A stretch of 32,806 bases of DNA from a virus: positions 1 through 32,806 of IMG/VR virus record IMGVR_UViG_3300045988_044216. One strand, given 5' to 3'. Positions 1-7,964 of this stretch are shown here, one piece after another; position 1 is the first letter of the stretch; each line of letters opens with the position of its first letter. The translations under genes were made by a program, and so were the position numbers. The notes under the pieces are model-generated. The model worked only from the letters and a program-made list of their open reading frames with translations. It did not search any database and had not been told where the DNA came from.

Positions 1-366
1 AACGAAGTAACAACGGCAGTAGCCGATACCGAGAACGAAGTAACAACGGCAGTAGTGGAGGAACCAACTACGCCTGTAGAACTTAACACACAGGAAGAGA
101 AGATAGACGCGTATTTCAAATACACAGGTCTTAAACTCGATACCAATTGCCACATGGATATGGAATACCTAAATTTGTGGTATGTAGAAAAGTACTTGAC
201 AGGTAAAGTGTACAAGTGGGCTATGAAACCCGGTGCACGTATCGTTCACTATGCCGACGGCGTGATTTACAAGTCAGCAAACATGACTGACGAAATCGCT
301 GAAAGACTGATGAAAGAAAATCCTGCCTACGCAGAACAGTTTGTTAACATTTTAGAAAAGAAATAG
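1..366 (+). CDS. 3' part of a wrap-around gene (ATG at 32724 once the window is circularised). Small hypothetical protein with N-terminal ENEVTTAVA tandem repeats, directly upstream of the portal gene.
   Basis: Frame 1 is open from nt 1 (NEVTTAVADTENEVTTAVVEEPTT...) to the TAG stop at 364-366. ATG 32724 falls in frame after removing the 50-nt terminal duplicate. The track ORF 55..366 starts at an internal GTG. Confidence 0.6.
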   Translation, partial: NEVTTAVADTENEVTTAVVEEPTTPVELNTQEEKIDAYFKYTGLKLDTNCHMDMEYLNLWYVEKYLTGKVYKWAMKPGARIVHYADGVIYKSANMTDEIAERLMKENPAYAEQFVNILEKK

Positions 367-368
367 TT

Positions 369-1526
369 ATGATAGGATTCAACCGCTGTAAGCTCATAGT
401 TGAGAGAGCACTTAAGATAACCGCCAACACAGGTGAGAAAACCGTAACATACGGTGAGAACAACCTATACCCGCAGGAAATCGCGGAACTTATATATGCA
501 TCCAAGACAGCGAGCGCGGCGGTTGAAAAGATGACTGAGAATATCATCTGTGAGGGCTTTAGGAACAAAGACTTTGCAGAAAAAACGAACGGGAACGGAT
601 ATAACATGAACGACATATTGGAGGCTACCGCCAATGATGTGTCACGTTTCAAAGGTTGGGCTTGGATTATCCAATATGGGGTGACCCCACAAGGATACCG
701 ACCTGTAGACATATACAACGTTCCGTTTGAATATGTTCGTGCAGTTCTCCACCCTAATTTTGCAAAAGACCCGACCGTTAAGGAATGGCGGGTCTTTAAC
801 AACTGGACGCGAGATAATATCAAAGCGTCCAACGTGTTTGAGAACTCTACCGTTTACCCAACCTACAATCCTGAGAACTTCGCAGCAGAAGTTGAGGACG
901 TAGGCGGCATTGAGAACCACAGAGGGCAACTTTTGTACGTGAACCTTGGAACTACCCGACCATATCCGTTAAGTCCGTTCCACGCTGTCCGTAATGAGAT
1001 GGGCGCGGAAGACAAAAACGGACGGTATGTCAACCGAACGTTAGGTCGCGGCTTTCACATGTGTTCAATCGTATCACACGGAGATTTCGAGAACGAACAG
1101 GCACAAGAAGACTTCCGCAATACCCTATCTGAAATGATGGGTAGCGAAAACGCGGGTTCTGTTTTGGCCGTAAGGGATGAAAACGTAGGCACAGACAAAC
1201 CGTTTATCAAGGTGGATCAATTAGGTTCTCCGATAGATAGGGAATTGTACCGGGCGTATGTTGAACCTTTGCGCAAAGATATTGCCATTGCAGCCTATAA
1301 TATACCTCTACCGCTTATTGATAGCTCGCTGTTGACGTTTTCTAACGCTTCTGGTGAGGTTATCAAGGAACTGCAAAAAGTTTACCGTAACAGCCTTGCA
1401 AAGGTGCGTTACCGCATCGCGCGCGAGCTATTCCAGATATTTGAGTTAGACCCTACAGTTACCGAAATTGAAAATAAATTCGATGAATATGTCGTACCCG
1501 ATAGCACTATTCCGGCAGTTATTTGA
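369..1526 (+). CDS. Portal protein (HK97-family-like)
   Basis: 385 aa. The C-terminal block GSENAGSVLAVRDEN...PIDRELYRAYVEPLRKDIAIAAYNIPLPLID matches my recollection of the conserved portal signature (G.enagk.lvl ... eeIa.afgvP..ll). Lies in the virion module. No search was run. Confidence 0.7.
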   Translation: MIGFNRCKLIVERALKITANTGEKTVTYGENNLYPQEIAELIYASKTASAAVEKMTENIICEGFRNKDFAEKTNGNGYNMNDILEATANDVSRFKGWAWIIQYGVTPQGYRPVDIYNVPFEYVRAVLHPNFAKDPTVKEWRVFNNWTRDNIKASNVFENSTVYPTYNPENFAAEVEDVGGIENHRGQLLYVNLGTTRPYPLSPFHAVRNEMGAEDKNGRYVNRTLGRGFHMCSIVSHGDFENEQAQEDFRNTLSEMMGSENAGSVLAVRDENVGTDKPFIKVDQLGSPIDRELYRAYVEPLRKDIAIAAYNIPLPLIDSSLLTFSNASGEVIKELQKVYRNSLAKVRYRIARELFQIFELDPTVTEIENKFDEYVVPDSTIPAVI

Positions 1527-1920
1527 AATCGCTGCTGATGTTAAGGATAATAAGATAGAGAAAGCCTTTTTCGAGGCTGATCTACTCGATATCCTGCCCC
1601 AAACGGATTTAATGTACAATGCTATACCAGCATTGTACAAACCTGATGGCGATGATTATGCAGGTGCAGAAAAAGTTATCTGCTATTATGCGTTTGCCCG
1701 TTATCTGCAAATAGCAGATCAGAACAGTACTACCACAGGCATAAAGATTCAGACTTATGGCGGTTCGGTGGTAGTACCAGACACAAGTAAAAACAAAAGG
1801 TTTGAGGCGGAACGGCAGAAAGCAAACCTTTTCATAGAGCCGTTGATCTGCAAGATGAAGAAAGACGGTGTTATCAAGTCATGTACGGTATTGAACACCC
1901 GTATAGGGTTAATCAAGTAG
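1483..1920 (+). CDS. Hypothetical late-module protein
   Basis: The track ORF 1468..1920 begins at a TTG; the first ATG is 1483 (MNMSYP...). Overlaps the portal stop by 44 nt. No recognisable motif. Confidence 0.55.
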   Translation: MNMSYPIALFRQLFEIAADVKDNKIEKAFFEADLLDILPQTDLMYNAIPALYKPDGDDYAGAEKVICYYAFARYLQIADQNSTTTGIKIQTYGGSVVVPDTSKNKRFEAERQKANLFIEPLICKMKKDGVIKSCTVLNTRIGLIK

Positions 1921-2390
1921 TGGAATATATCGAAACCTACTTCCGAACGTTTTTTGCCGTTACCGTTCTGACGGTAGTCTCGGACGTAAAAGACTTTATA
2001 TTCTTGGTTGTTCTGGTTACTATCCTTAACTGGCTGGCAGGATACATGGCTGACCGTAAGAACGGACAACCGTACAAGCATAAGAAGACCATGCAGGCAG
2101 TTAAGGAATTATTCTTAACAAGCGCAATATTGTTTTTCGTGGCTCTCACGTGTTCGATGTTAGAACCAACGATTGATTACAAGCTGATTATCAAAGCCCT
2201 AACAGGCATATTCTTGATAATCTATGCCCGTAACATCACGAAGAACTTACGTATAATACAGCCGTCCAATGAGTTTATCAGAGTACTTAATTCAATAGCG
2301 AATAGCAAGTATTTCCAGATGAAAAAGAAAATCAAAGACGGCGAGTTTGAAATACCTAAAAAAGAAAAAGACGATGGCACAAGCGAGTAA
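1881..2390 (+). CDS. Holin (multi-pass membrane protein, holin_4_1-like)
   Basis: Three or more hydrophobic helices (FFAVTVLTVV, FIFLVVLVTILNWLAGY, LFLTSAILFFVALTC, LTGIFLIIYA) and a charged C-terminal tail. Immediately precedes and overlaps the endolysin gene. The start is uncertain; GTG 1920 is an alternative. Confidence 0.65.
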   Translation: MYGIEHPYRVNQVVEYIETYFRTFFAVTVLTVVSDVKDFIFLVVLVTILNWLAGYMADRKNGQPYKHKKTMQAVKELFLTSAILFFVALTCSMLEPTIDYKLIIKALTGIFLIIYARNITKNLRIIQPSNEFIRVLNSIANSKYFQMKKKIKDGEFEIPKKEKDDGTSE

Positions 2391-2889
2391 GTTAATTCCT
2401 TTCATATTAAAGTTTGAGGGTGGTTTCGTAAACGATCCTGTTGATTTAGGCGGCGCAACGAACAAAGGTGTAACAATGGCTACATTTGCCGCCTACCGAA
2501 AGAAACGCGGACAGCCCGCGCCAACAATCCAAGACTTGAAAAACATATCCGATGCCGATTGGCACGAGATATTCAAGACTATGTATTGGGACAGGTGGAA
2601 AGCAGACGAGATAAAGAGTCAAGCAGTTGCAAACATCCTCGTAGACTGGGTTTGGGCATCGGGTGTTCATGGTATCAAAAGACCTCAAAGGATACTCGGT
2701 GTAGCCGTTGACGGTCTCGTAGGTACTACCACGCTATCGTACCTTAACGCGGCTGATCCTAAAAGACTATTCGATGCCATTAAGGCAGACCGTATCAAGT
2801 TTATTGACGAGATATGCAAGGCGCGTCCTGCAAACGAAAGGTTTCGCAAAGGGTGGATGAACCGAATTAATGCCATCGCTTATGAATAA
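2374..2889 (+). CDS. Endolysin, GH108-type lysozyme with a C-terminal peptidoglycan-binding region
   Basis: The N-terminus ILKFEGGFVNDPVDLGGATNKGVT is the hallmark GH108 motif with its catalytic Glu. ATG 2374 (MAQASKL) is preferred over the track TTG at 2347. Confidence 0.85.
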   Translation: MAQASKLIPFILKFEGGFVNDPVDLGGATNKGVTMATFAAYRKKRGQPAPTIQDLKNISDADWHEIFKTMYWDRWKADEIKSQAVANILVDWVWASGVHGIKRPQRILGVAVDGLVGTTTLSYLNAADPKRLFDAIKADRIKFIDEICKARPANERFRKGWMNRINAIAYE

Positions 2890-3460
2890 ATGGCAGAAAG
2901 CATTCCTATTCGCTACGGTTTTGGTTATCGTGCTCGGTACGATATCAAAGTTGGTGGATAAGATAAAAGAACAGGCGGTTGAACTGGAACGCAGGGAGCG
3001 AACCGTTACCGCCTTGCAAGCTGCCGAGCAAACGTACCTTACTAAACTCGGAGATGCAGCTGCAAAACGGCAGGTTTTAGAGCTTTCAGAGAAAGAATTG
3101 CGTAAAAGTAATGCAGACCTGCACGAAGAGATAAAAGCCCTGAATATCCGCGTAAAAGACGCACTGTCGGCTACTAAAACAACTACCAAAACAATAATAG
3201 ATGAACGTGTACGAGTTGACACGGTGAACAACGTTATACAGGCTGAGTATAAGGATGCTTGGAATACCATACGTTCGGAACAGGTGAGCGACTCAGCCCG
3301 TCTATATTATGAGGGACGGGATTCAATAGTCGGCGTAGTCTCTATTCGAAAGAAACGATTCCTGTTTTTCCGATGGGGTGTCAAGGCTGTGGAATATGAC
3401 ATCTCTAATAAGAACCCGAAAACAAAGGTTAGCATAGATATAGCCGTCAAGTTTAAATAG
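2870..3460 (+). CDS. Membrane-anchored coiled-coil protein; candidate spanin-like lysis accessory
   Basis: N-terminal TM helix (AFLFATVLVIVLGTI), then ~100 aa of heptad-like charged sequence (EQAVELERRERTVTALQAAEQ...). Last gene of the lysis cassette and followed by a terminator. The function is inferred from position only. Confidence 0.6.
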   Translation: MPSLMNKWQKAFLFATVLVIVLGTISKLVDKIKEQAVELERRERTVTALQAAEQTYLTKLGDAAAKRQVLELSEKELRKSNADLHEEIKALNIRVKDALSATKTTTKTIIDERVRVDTVNNVIQAEYKDAWNTIRSEQVSDSARLYYEGRDSIVGVVSIRKKRFLFFRWGVKAVEYDISNKNPKTKVSIDIAVKFK

Positions 3461-3478
3461 CTTGACGGCTATTTATTT
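3443..3478 (+). terminator. Rho-independent terminator ending the late/lysis unit
   Basis: A 9-bp stem, GCCGTCAAG (3443-3451) paired with CTTGACGGC (3461-3469), with a 9-nt loop, then TATTTATTTG. Confidence 0.8.
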
Positions 3479-3491
3479 GATTATCAAGTTA

Positions 3492-3880
3492 GTAACACCT
3501 TTTGTAACGTCTAACTAATTGATATTCAGATAATTAATCGAATTAAAATATGTTAATGTACCGTAATGTAGCATAATTTGTCACGGATAACTCACTGATA
3601 TATAACTATTTAACCCCTACTGTTACAGATTTATATAAAAATAGTATATACTTTATATAGAGAATATTATAACATATAGTTATAATATTATAACCAAAAG
3701 TTATTGGTAAAACAGTATATTTTCCAAAATAAGTATAAGGAAGTTTTTGACCGATTTTTGTAACACAAGGGTTAACGTATTGATACGTAGGCGATTAAGC
3801 GTTACAACAGGTGTTACAAGCCGTTACAGAGTTGTAACAGTCACATTAAGAGTCTATTTTTCAGATAATTACGCGTTACA
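3492..3880. repeat. Noncoding iteron-like module A, paralogous to 19348-19842
   Basis: 23-nt units of form TGT[AC]AC-N3-TAACT-N3-TGAT[AC]T at 3503-3525 and 3579-3601, the second containing the 12-mer GTCACGGATAAC at 3580-3591. CTGTTACAG at 3620-3628. AT-rich core at about 3630-3700. GTTACA at 3801, 3813, 3823 and 3875; TGTAAC at 3759 and 3833. No ORF of 60 aa or more on either strand. Confidence 0.8.
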
Positions 3881-3935
3881 AATAAGTTTATTGTTAAACG
3901 TTGTTAATGAAATGTACAACCTATAGATATAATCC

Positions 3936-3960
3936 ATATATTTGCACCATAACAATTAAA
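3936..3960 (+). promoter_or_regulatory. Bacteroidota-type promoter cassette (-7 box TATATTTG at 3937-3944) for the first early gene
   Basis: Matches the TAnnTTTG consensus. The 25-nt string ATATATTTGCACCATAACAATTAAA recurs exactly at 4218-4242. In both copies the TTTG lies 28 nt before the ATG. Confidence 0.6.
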
Positions 3961-3971
3961 CATTAAACATT

Positions 3972-4214
3972 ATGAAAGCAATAAAATGTATCAATGCCGG
4001 ATATCTAACAGATGGCGACTTTATTATCATCAATCACATACTCATCTATGCGGACAGCAAAGGTAACGAGTATAACACCTCTTTTTCAGAGGTGCGCTTT
4101 AGAAGAAAAACAGAGTCCTACCAATTTAATGGTGAATCCTTTCAGTTCTTACAGCCACTAATGGAGGCTATTTTCTTAAATAAGATTAACGAAATAACCA
4201 ACGCATCAAAATAA
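3972..4214 (+). CDS. Hypothetical early protein (80 aa)
   Basis: ORF directly downstream of the promoter cassette. No recognisable motif. Confidence 0.6.
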   Translation: MKAIKCINAGYLTDGDFIIINHILIYADSKGNEYNTSFSEVRFRRKTESYQFNGESFQFLQPLMEAIFLNKINEITNASK

Positions 4215-4217
4215 TCT

Positions 4218-4242
4218 ATATATTTGCACCATAACAATTAAA
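4218..4242 (+). promoter_or_regulatory. Second copy of the early promoter cassette (-7 box at 4219-4226)
   Basis: Exact 25-nt repeat of 3936-3960, with the same spacing to ATG 4254. Confidence 0.6.
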
Positions 4243-4253
4243 AAGTAAGCATT

Positions 4254-4448
4254 ATGAAAACAAGTATTCACGATTTCTCATTCGTCCAATTAGGATACGG
4301 AAAGTACCGAGTTATTTATGAAAGCCCCGCAACCGGGAAACTGTGGTCTGTGGTAATTACGGATATGACTATTATAGACGCTACCAAAAACTCAGATAGC
4401 CCTAAAATCAAAGATTTAAACTCACTTAAAAGACTGTGTAAATTATGA
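4254..4448 (+). CDS. Hypothetical early protein (64 aa)
   Basis: ORF downstream of the duplicated promoter. Its stop overlaps the next start (ATGA). Confidence 0.6.
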   Translation: MKTSIHDFSFVQLGYGKYRVIYESPATGKLWSVVITDMTIIDATKNSDSPKIKDLNSLKRLCKL

Positions 4449-4903
4449 AATTCAAAGTATTTGCATTAGATTTCGATTCAAGCAACGCAGATGATGTTGC
4501 TTTCGTAAACAAAACCATTAAAGACCTGTTTTCGTCCTCTGAGACGGACGATTGTACGGTAACTGAGGCAACTGCATCGGTGACGGTAGAAAAGCCCGCA
4601 GACGCGCCAAAAACAACCCGTGCGCCTCGAAAACCGGAAGCCGTGCAGGAAACGCAACCTACTGTTGTTGAAATTTCCCAAACCGAGCCAGAAGAAACCA
4701 ACGACCTGCCGTTCTCCGAGGAAACTGAGGAGCCTACCGCAAAAGAGATGCAGGATTTAGTTATCGGACTTATCAAAGCTGGTACCTTAACCCGTGAAGA
4801 CGTTCAAAGCATTTTCCAAGAATTTGGCGGAACGTCCTTGTCTAAAATCCCGACTACGAAGTTCGTTTTACTCAAACAACGTTTAACTACCTATCATGAA
4901 TAA
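4445..4903 (+). CDS. Acidic, Pro/Thr/Glu-rich hypothetical protein (152 aa)
   Basis: The central low-complexity stretch TEATASVTVEKPADAPKTTRAPRKPEAVQETQPTVVEISQTEPEETNDLPFSEETEEPT is flanked by short, apparently structured ends. Coupled to its neighbours by overlapping stop and start codons. Confidence 0.65.
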   Translation: MKFKVFALDFDSSNADDVAFVNKTIKDLFSSSETDDCTVTEATASVTVEKPADAPKTTRAPRKPEAVQETQPTVVEISQTEPEETNDLPFSEETEEPTAKEMQDLVIGLIKAGTLTREDVQSIFQEFGGTSLSKIPTTKFVLLKQRLTTYHE

Positions 4904-6077
4904 AGAATCAACTATCAATCACGGAGAGAGTAGAGCGCATGCTCTACTCTCTCCGTCGTCATCCCATCGTTGGTTGGTCTGTACACCATCCGCACGTTTG
5001 GAAGACCCAATAGAGAACGTCGGTAGTTCGGCATCCGAAGAGGGAACAGTAGCCCATGAGCTTGCTGAATATGCACTGACCGAGTATCTGAAAGGAAATT
5101 ACTGCCCGCTTTTGGACGAACTTCCTACGCCTGCCGAGATAAAGGAAAGCAAGTATTATAGCTCAGAGATGGATAAGTACGTCACCGACTACGTTTGCTA
5201 CGTGGTAGACATGTACGAGAGGAAAGAGAATGCCTCTATGGCTATTGAACAGAAGTTCGACCTCACGTCATACGTACCGGAATGTTTTGGTAGTTGCGAT
5301 TGCAGCATAGTAAGCCCTAAAATGCTTGACATTATAGACCTTAAGTACGGCAAAGGTGTTAAGGTGGAAGCTAAAGACAATTCACAATTGATGATGTATG
5401 CTCTTGGGGTTCTCCGTTCCTTGTCCCCGAAGATGCAGACCGAAATAGAAACGGTACGTATGCACATCGCGCAGGTTCGTTTAGGTCACTTCGCGGTATT
5501 CGAGATGTCATCGCGTGACTTAACCCATTGGGGTATTCACGTACTTCGCCCAACGGCTGAAAAAGCATTTGCCGGAAAAGGTGATTGCGTAGTAGGTTCT
5601 CATTGCAAGTTCTGTAGGTTCAAACCGCAATGCCGTGCACAAAAAGACGCTTTGGTTGCCGAGTTTGAGGAACACGGTCCGACGAAAGCCCTTACTTTGG
5701 ACGAGATAGGAGACCTGCTTAAAAAAGCAGACATATTTACTGACTGGTTATCATCCGTCAAACAGTACGCCATGCAAGCATCATTAGAGGGAAAGACCGT
5801 AAAGGGCTGGAAACTTGTAGAGGGCAGAAGCGTTCGCACCATCACGGATGAAGAGGAGGCGGTTAAACGTCTCTCAGAGTTAGGTTTTGACGAGGACAGC
5901 CTTAAGAACCATAAGTTAAAAGGTATCGGAGACTTGGAAAAGATGGTAGGTAGGAAACCATTAGCCGTAACATTGGACGGCATACTAATTAAGCCATCTG
6001 GTGCTCCGACATTAGCCTTGGAAGATGATCCGCGCGAAGCGATAACGCCAACTATCGACTTGTTCGATAAAATATAA
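4896..6077 (+). CDS. PD-(D/E)XK nuclease of the DUF2800 / Cas4-like type
   Basis: N-terminal LSPSSSHRWLVCTPS motif, a D...DLKYGKG nuclease core and a C-terminal Cys cluster HCKFCRFKPQC. Precedes a DUF2815-type SSB, which is the usual arrangement in this replication module. Confidence 0.85.
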   Translation: MNKESTINHGESRAHALLSPSSSHRWLVCTPSARLEDPIENVGSSASEEGTVAHELAEYALTEYLKGNYCPLLDELPTPAEIKESKYYSSEMDKYVTDYVCYVVDMYERKENASMAIEQKFDLTSYVPECFGSCDCSIVSPKMLDIIDLKYGKGVKVEAKDNSQLMMYALGVLRSLSPKMQTEIETVRMHIAQVRLGHFAVFEMSSRDLTHWGIHVLRPTAEKAFAGKGDCVVGSHCKFCRFKPQCRAQKDALVAEFEEHGPTKALTLDEIGDLLKKADIFTDWLSSVKQYAMQASLEGKTVKGWKLVEGRSVRTITDEEEAVKRLSELGFDEDSLKNHKLKGIGDLEKMVGRKPLAVTLDGILIKPSGAPTLALEDDPREAITPTIDLFDKI

Positions 6078-6114
6078 ATAGTGTTAATTGTTAGGCGTAT
6101 ATAAATTTAATTCC

Positions 6115-6122
6115 TATATTTG
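6115..6122 (+). promoter_or_regulatory. Candidate -7 box TATATTTG
   Basis: TAnnTTTG match in the 97-nt gap upstream of ATG 6175. Confidence 0.5.
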
Positions 6123-6174
6123 CAGAAACGGAACGACCGAACCGATGAGAGGTCAATAAAACGTATAAAAAGTT

Positions 6175-6714
6175 ATGAAAGCAATGTTGAAAAATGTAAG
6201 ACTGAGTTATGTAAGAGTGTTTGAAGCTGAACAAGTAAACGGACAAGGCGATCCTATCTATAGCTTGTGCATTCTCGTGCCGAAAGACAGCCCAGAAGTA
6301 CCCGCCATTAAAGCAGCAATCGAGACAGAGTATAACAATCTGAAAGTGAGGTATCCGAAACTCGCAGGAAAGAATCCGAAGACGTGGAACAACCCACTTC
6401 ACGATGGTGACGAAGAAAAAGATGGTGAAGAATACAAAGGTCACTACTTCCTTAACGCCAAACGTAAAGAGAAACAAGGTGCACCTATCGTCATTGACAA
6501 ACATAAGCAGTATATCACGGATAAAAACGAGTTGTATAGCGGATGTTATGGAAATGTGGCAGTTTCGTTTTACCCGTATGAGTTTACAGGTAAATATGGC
6601 GTCGGTGTCGGTCTTAACGGTGTTCAGAAAGTGAGAGATGGTGAACGTCTGGACGGAGGTACGAGCGTTGACGATTTCGATACGATTGACGAGAACGATA
6701 GCCTTTTTGATTAA
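6175..6714 (+). CDS. Single-stranded DNA-binding protein, DUF2815 type
   Basis: Motifs VRLSYVRVFE, PLHDGDEE, YFLNAKRK, LYSGCYGNVAVSFYPYE and an acidic C-terminal tail DDFDTIDENDSLFD. Confidence 0.85.
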   Translation: MKAMLKNVRLSYVRVFEAEQVNGQGDPIYSLCILVPKDSPEVPAIKAAIETEYNNLKVRYPKLAGKNPKTWNNPLHDGDEEKDGEEYKGHYFLNAKRKEKQGAPIVIDKHKQYITDKNELYSGCYGNVAVSFYPYEFTGKYGVGVGLNGVQKVRDGERLDGGTSVDDFDTIDENDSLFD

Positions 6715-6724
6715 TCACTTATTC

Positions 6725-6759
6725 ACAGCCGGGTATAATAGAACCCGGCTGTATTTGTT
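6725..6759 (+). terminator. Rho-independent terminator
   Basis: A 10-bp stem, ACAGCCGGGT (6725-6734) paired with ACCCGGCTGT (6743-6752), with an 8-nt loop, then ATTTGTT. Confidence 0.75.
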
Positions 6760-6765
6760 AAAAGC

Positions 6766-7857
6766 ATGGGAAAATATGATAGTTATTTGAACGCGCAGGG
6801 CGTAAGGATTTCAAAAGCAACTGGTAAACCAGTTAAAGCATATAACAAGAAGAACAAAGCCTACTGGGCTATGCGCGATGAAGGACAGCCAGATCGTATA
6901 AGGTCTCAAGAAGTTAATCCCGTGATAGCAGAACTGCAAAGCCTATACACTGAGGAAGAGATAAAAGGTATAATCGGTCTTAAAAAAGACGCTTCGCCCA
7001 TCGAGCTTGTGGAGATAACCGCGAAAAGTCATTCGGACAGGGAGGGTAGCACAGGTTTCCTTATTGCATCTGACTGGCATGCTGATGAAGTGGTTAAGGC
7101 ATCAACTGTTTTGGGCAAAAACGAGTATGATAAAGACATAGCCGAGGCTCGCATAAAAACTTTCTTCGCCAATGCCGTGTACATGATACGCAAAAAGCCT
7201 GTAGACAATCTGGTAGTAGCTTTTATAGGTGACCTTATAGGCGGTTTCATTCATCCCGAATTAGAACAAACCAATAGCATGTCTCCGATGGCAGGCATAT
7301 CGTTCGTTAAGAGCTTGATTATATCAGGTCTTAAATATCTGAATGATAATTTGCCTGATCTCGATAAGATAACCGTTATAGGTATATGCGGAAACCATTC
7401 GCGCACAACTAAAAAGATGCAGTTTAGTAACGGTTTCGAGATGAACCACGAGTACTTTATGTACAAGGATATCGAACATACCGTTACATTGATGGGGCTT
7501 ACAAAGTTTCAGTTTGTCATCCCGGAAAGCGAGTTCGCCTATATCGACATATACGGCAAGAAAGTGTTGTTTGCCCACGGACACCAGTTCAGAACGGCAG
7601 GCGGTATTGGTGGTATTTACCCATCTATGTTAAGATGGTACTCAAAGATGAACCAGACGCTAAAGATTGACAAGGCATTTATCGGTCACTACCACACCTC
7701 TATATACACTAAAGAGGTATGCGTGAACGGTTCCCTTAAGGGTTTCGATGCGTTCGCTATGGGGCACGGATTGGCTTTTGAAGAGCCGCAGCAAACCTAC
7801 GTAATATTGAACGAGAAACGCGGGTTTATATTCTATACACCGATCTTTGCGGACTAA
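6766..7857 (+). CDS. Calcineurin-like metallophosphoesterase (Mre11/SbcD-like fold)
   Basis: Ordered motifs SDWHAD, GDLIGG, GNHS, AHGH and GHYH, preceded by ~100 aa of unassigned N-terminal sequence. Confidence 0.8.
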   Translation: MGKYDSYLNAQGVRISKATGKPVKAYNKKNKAYWAMRDEGQPDRIRSQEVNPVIAELQSLYTEEEIKGIIGLKKDASPIELVEITAKSHSDREGSTGFLIASDWHADEVVKASTVLGKNEYDKDIAEARIKTFFANAVYMIRKKPVDNLVVAFIGDLIGGFIHPELEQTNSMSPMAGISFVKSLIISGLKYLNDNLPDLDKITVIGICGNHSRTTKKMQFSNGFEMNHEYFMYKDIEHTVTLMGLTKFQFVIPESEFAYIDIYGKKVLFAHGHQFRTAGGIGGIYPSMLRWYSKMNQTLKIDKAFIGHYHTSIYTKEVCVNGSLKGFDAFAMGHGLAFEEPQQTYVILNEKRGFIFYTPIFAD

Positions 7858-7864
7858 ACTTATT

Positions 7865-7907
7865 GGCTATTATTTGTTAAATTACTGCAAATAATAGCCC
7901 TTTTTAT
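7865..7907 (+). terminator. Rho-independent terminator
   Basis: A 12-bp stem, GGCTATTATTTG (7865-7876) paired with CAAATAATAGCC (7888-7899), then CTTTTTAT. Confidence 0.8.
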
Positions 7908-7928
7908 GCCCTATCTAAAAACTTATAC

Positions 7929-7936
7929 TAACTTTG
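7929..7936 (+). promoter_or_regulatory. Candidate -7 box TAACTTTG
   Basis: TAnnTTTG match 29 nt before ATG 7965. Confidence 0.5.
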
Positions 7937-7964
7937 CGAACGTAATTTAAAAATATTTACGCTT

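Noticed and set aside
1-50. The 50-nt terminal repeat as a genuine direct terminal repeat of the virion DNA
   Set aside because: It sits inside a coding tandem repeat and is what an assembler produces when closing a circular or permuted genome. Real ends cannot be inferred from this window.
3470-3971. Possible CRISPR array or tRNA genes in the repeat-rich gaps (also 19236-20113)
   Set aside because: The repeats are 6-23 nt, irregularly spaced and occur in both orientations, unlike 25-40 nt repeats with uniform spacers. I found no T-loop-like GTTCRANNC context or cloverleaf-compatible pairing by eye.
6404-6634. Alternative-frame + strand ORFs inside known genes (6404..6634, 8443..8679, 13598..13807, 21035..21217)
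   Set aside because: Each is nested within a gene whose own frame carries family-diagnostic motifs, and none has a promoter box or plausible composition.
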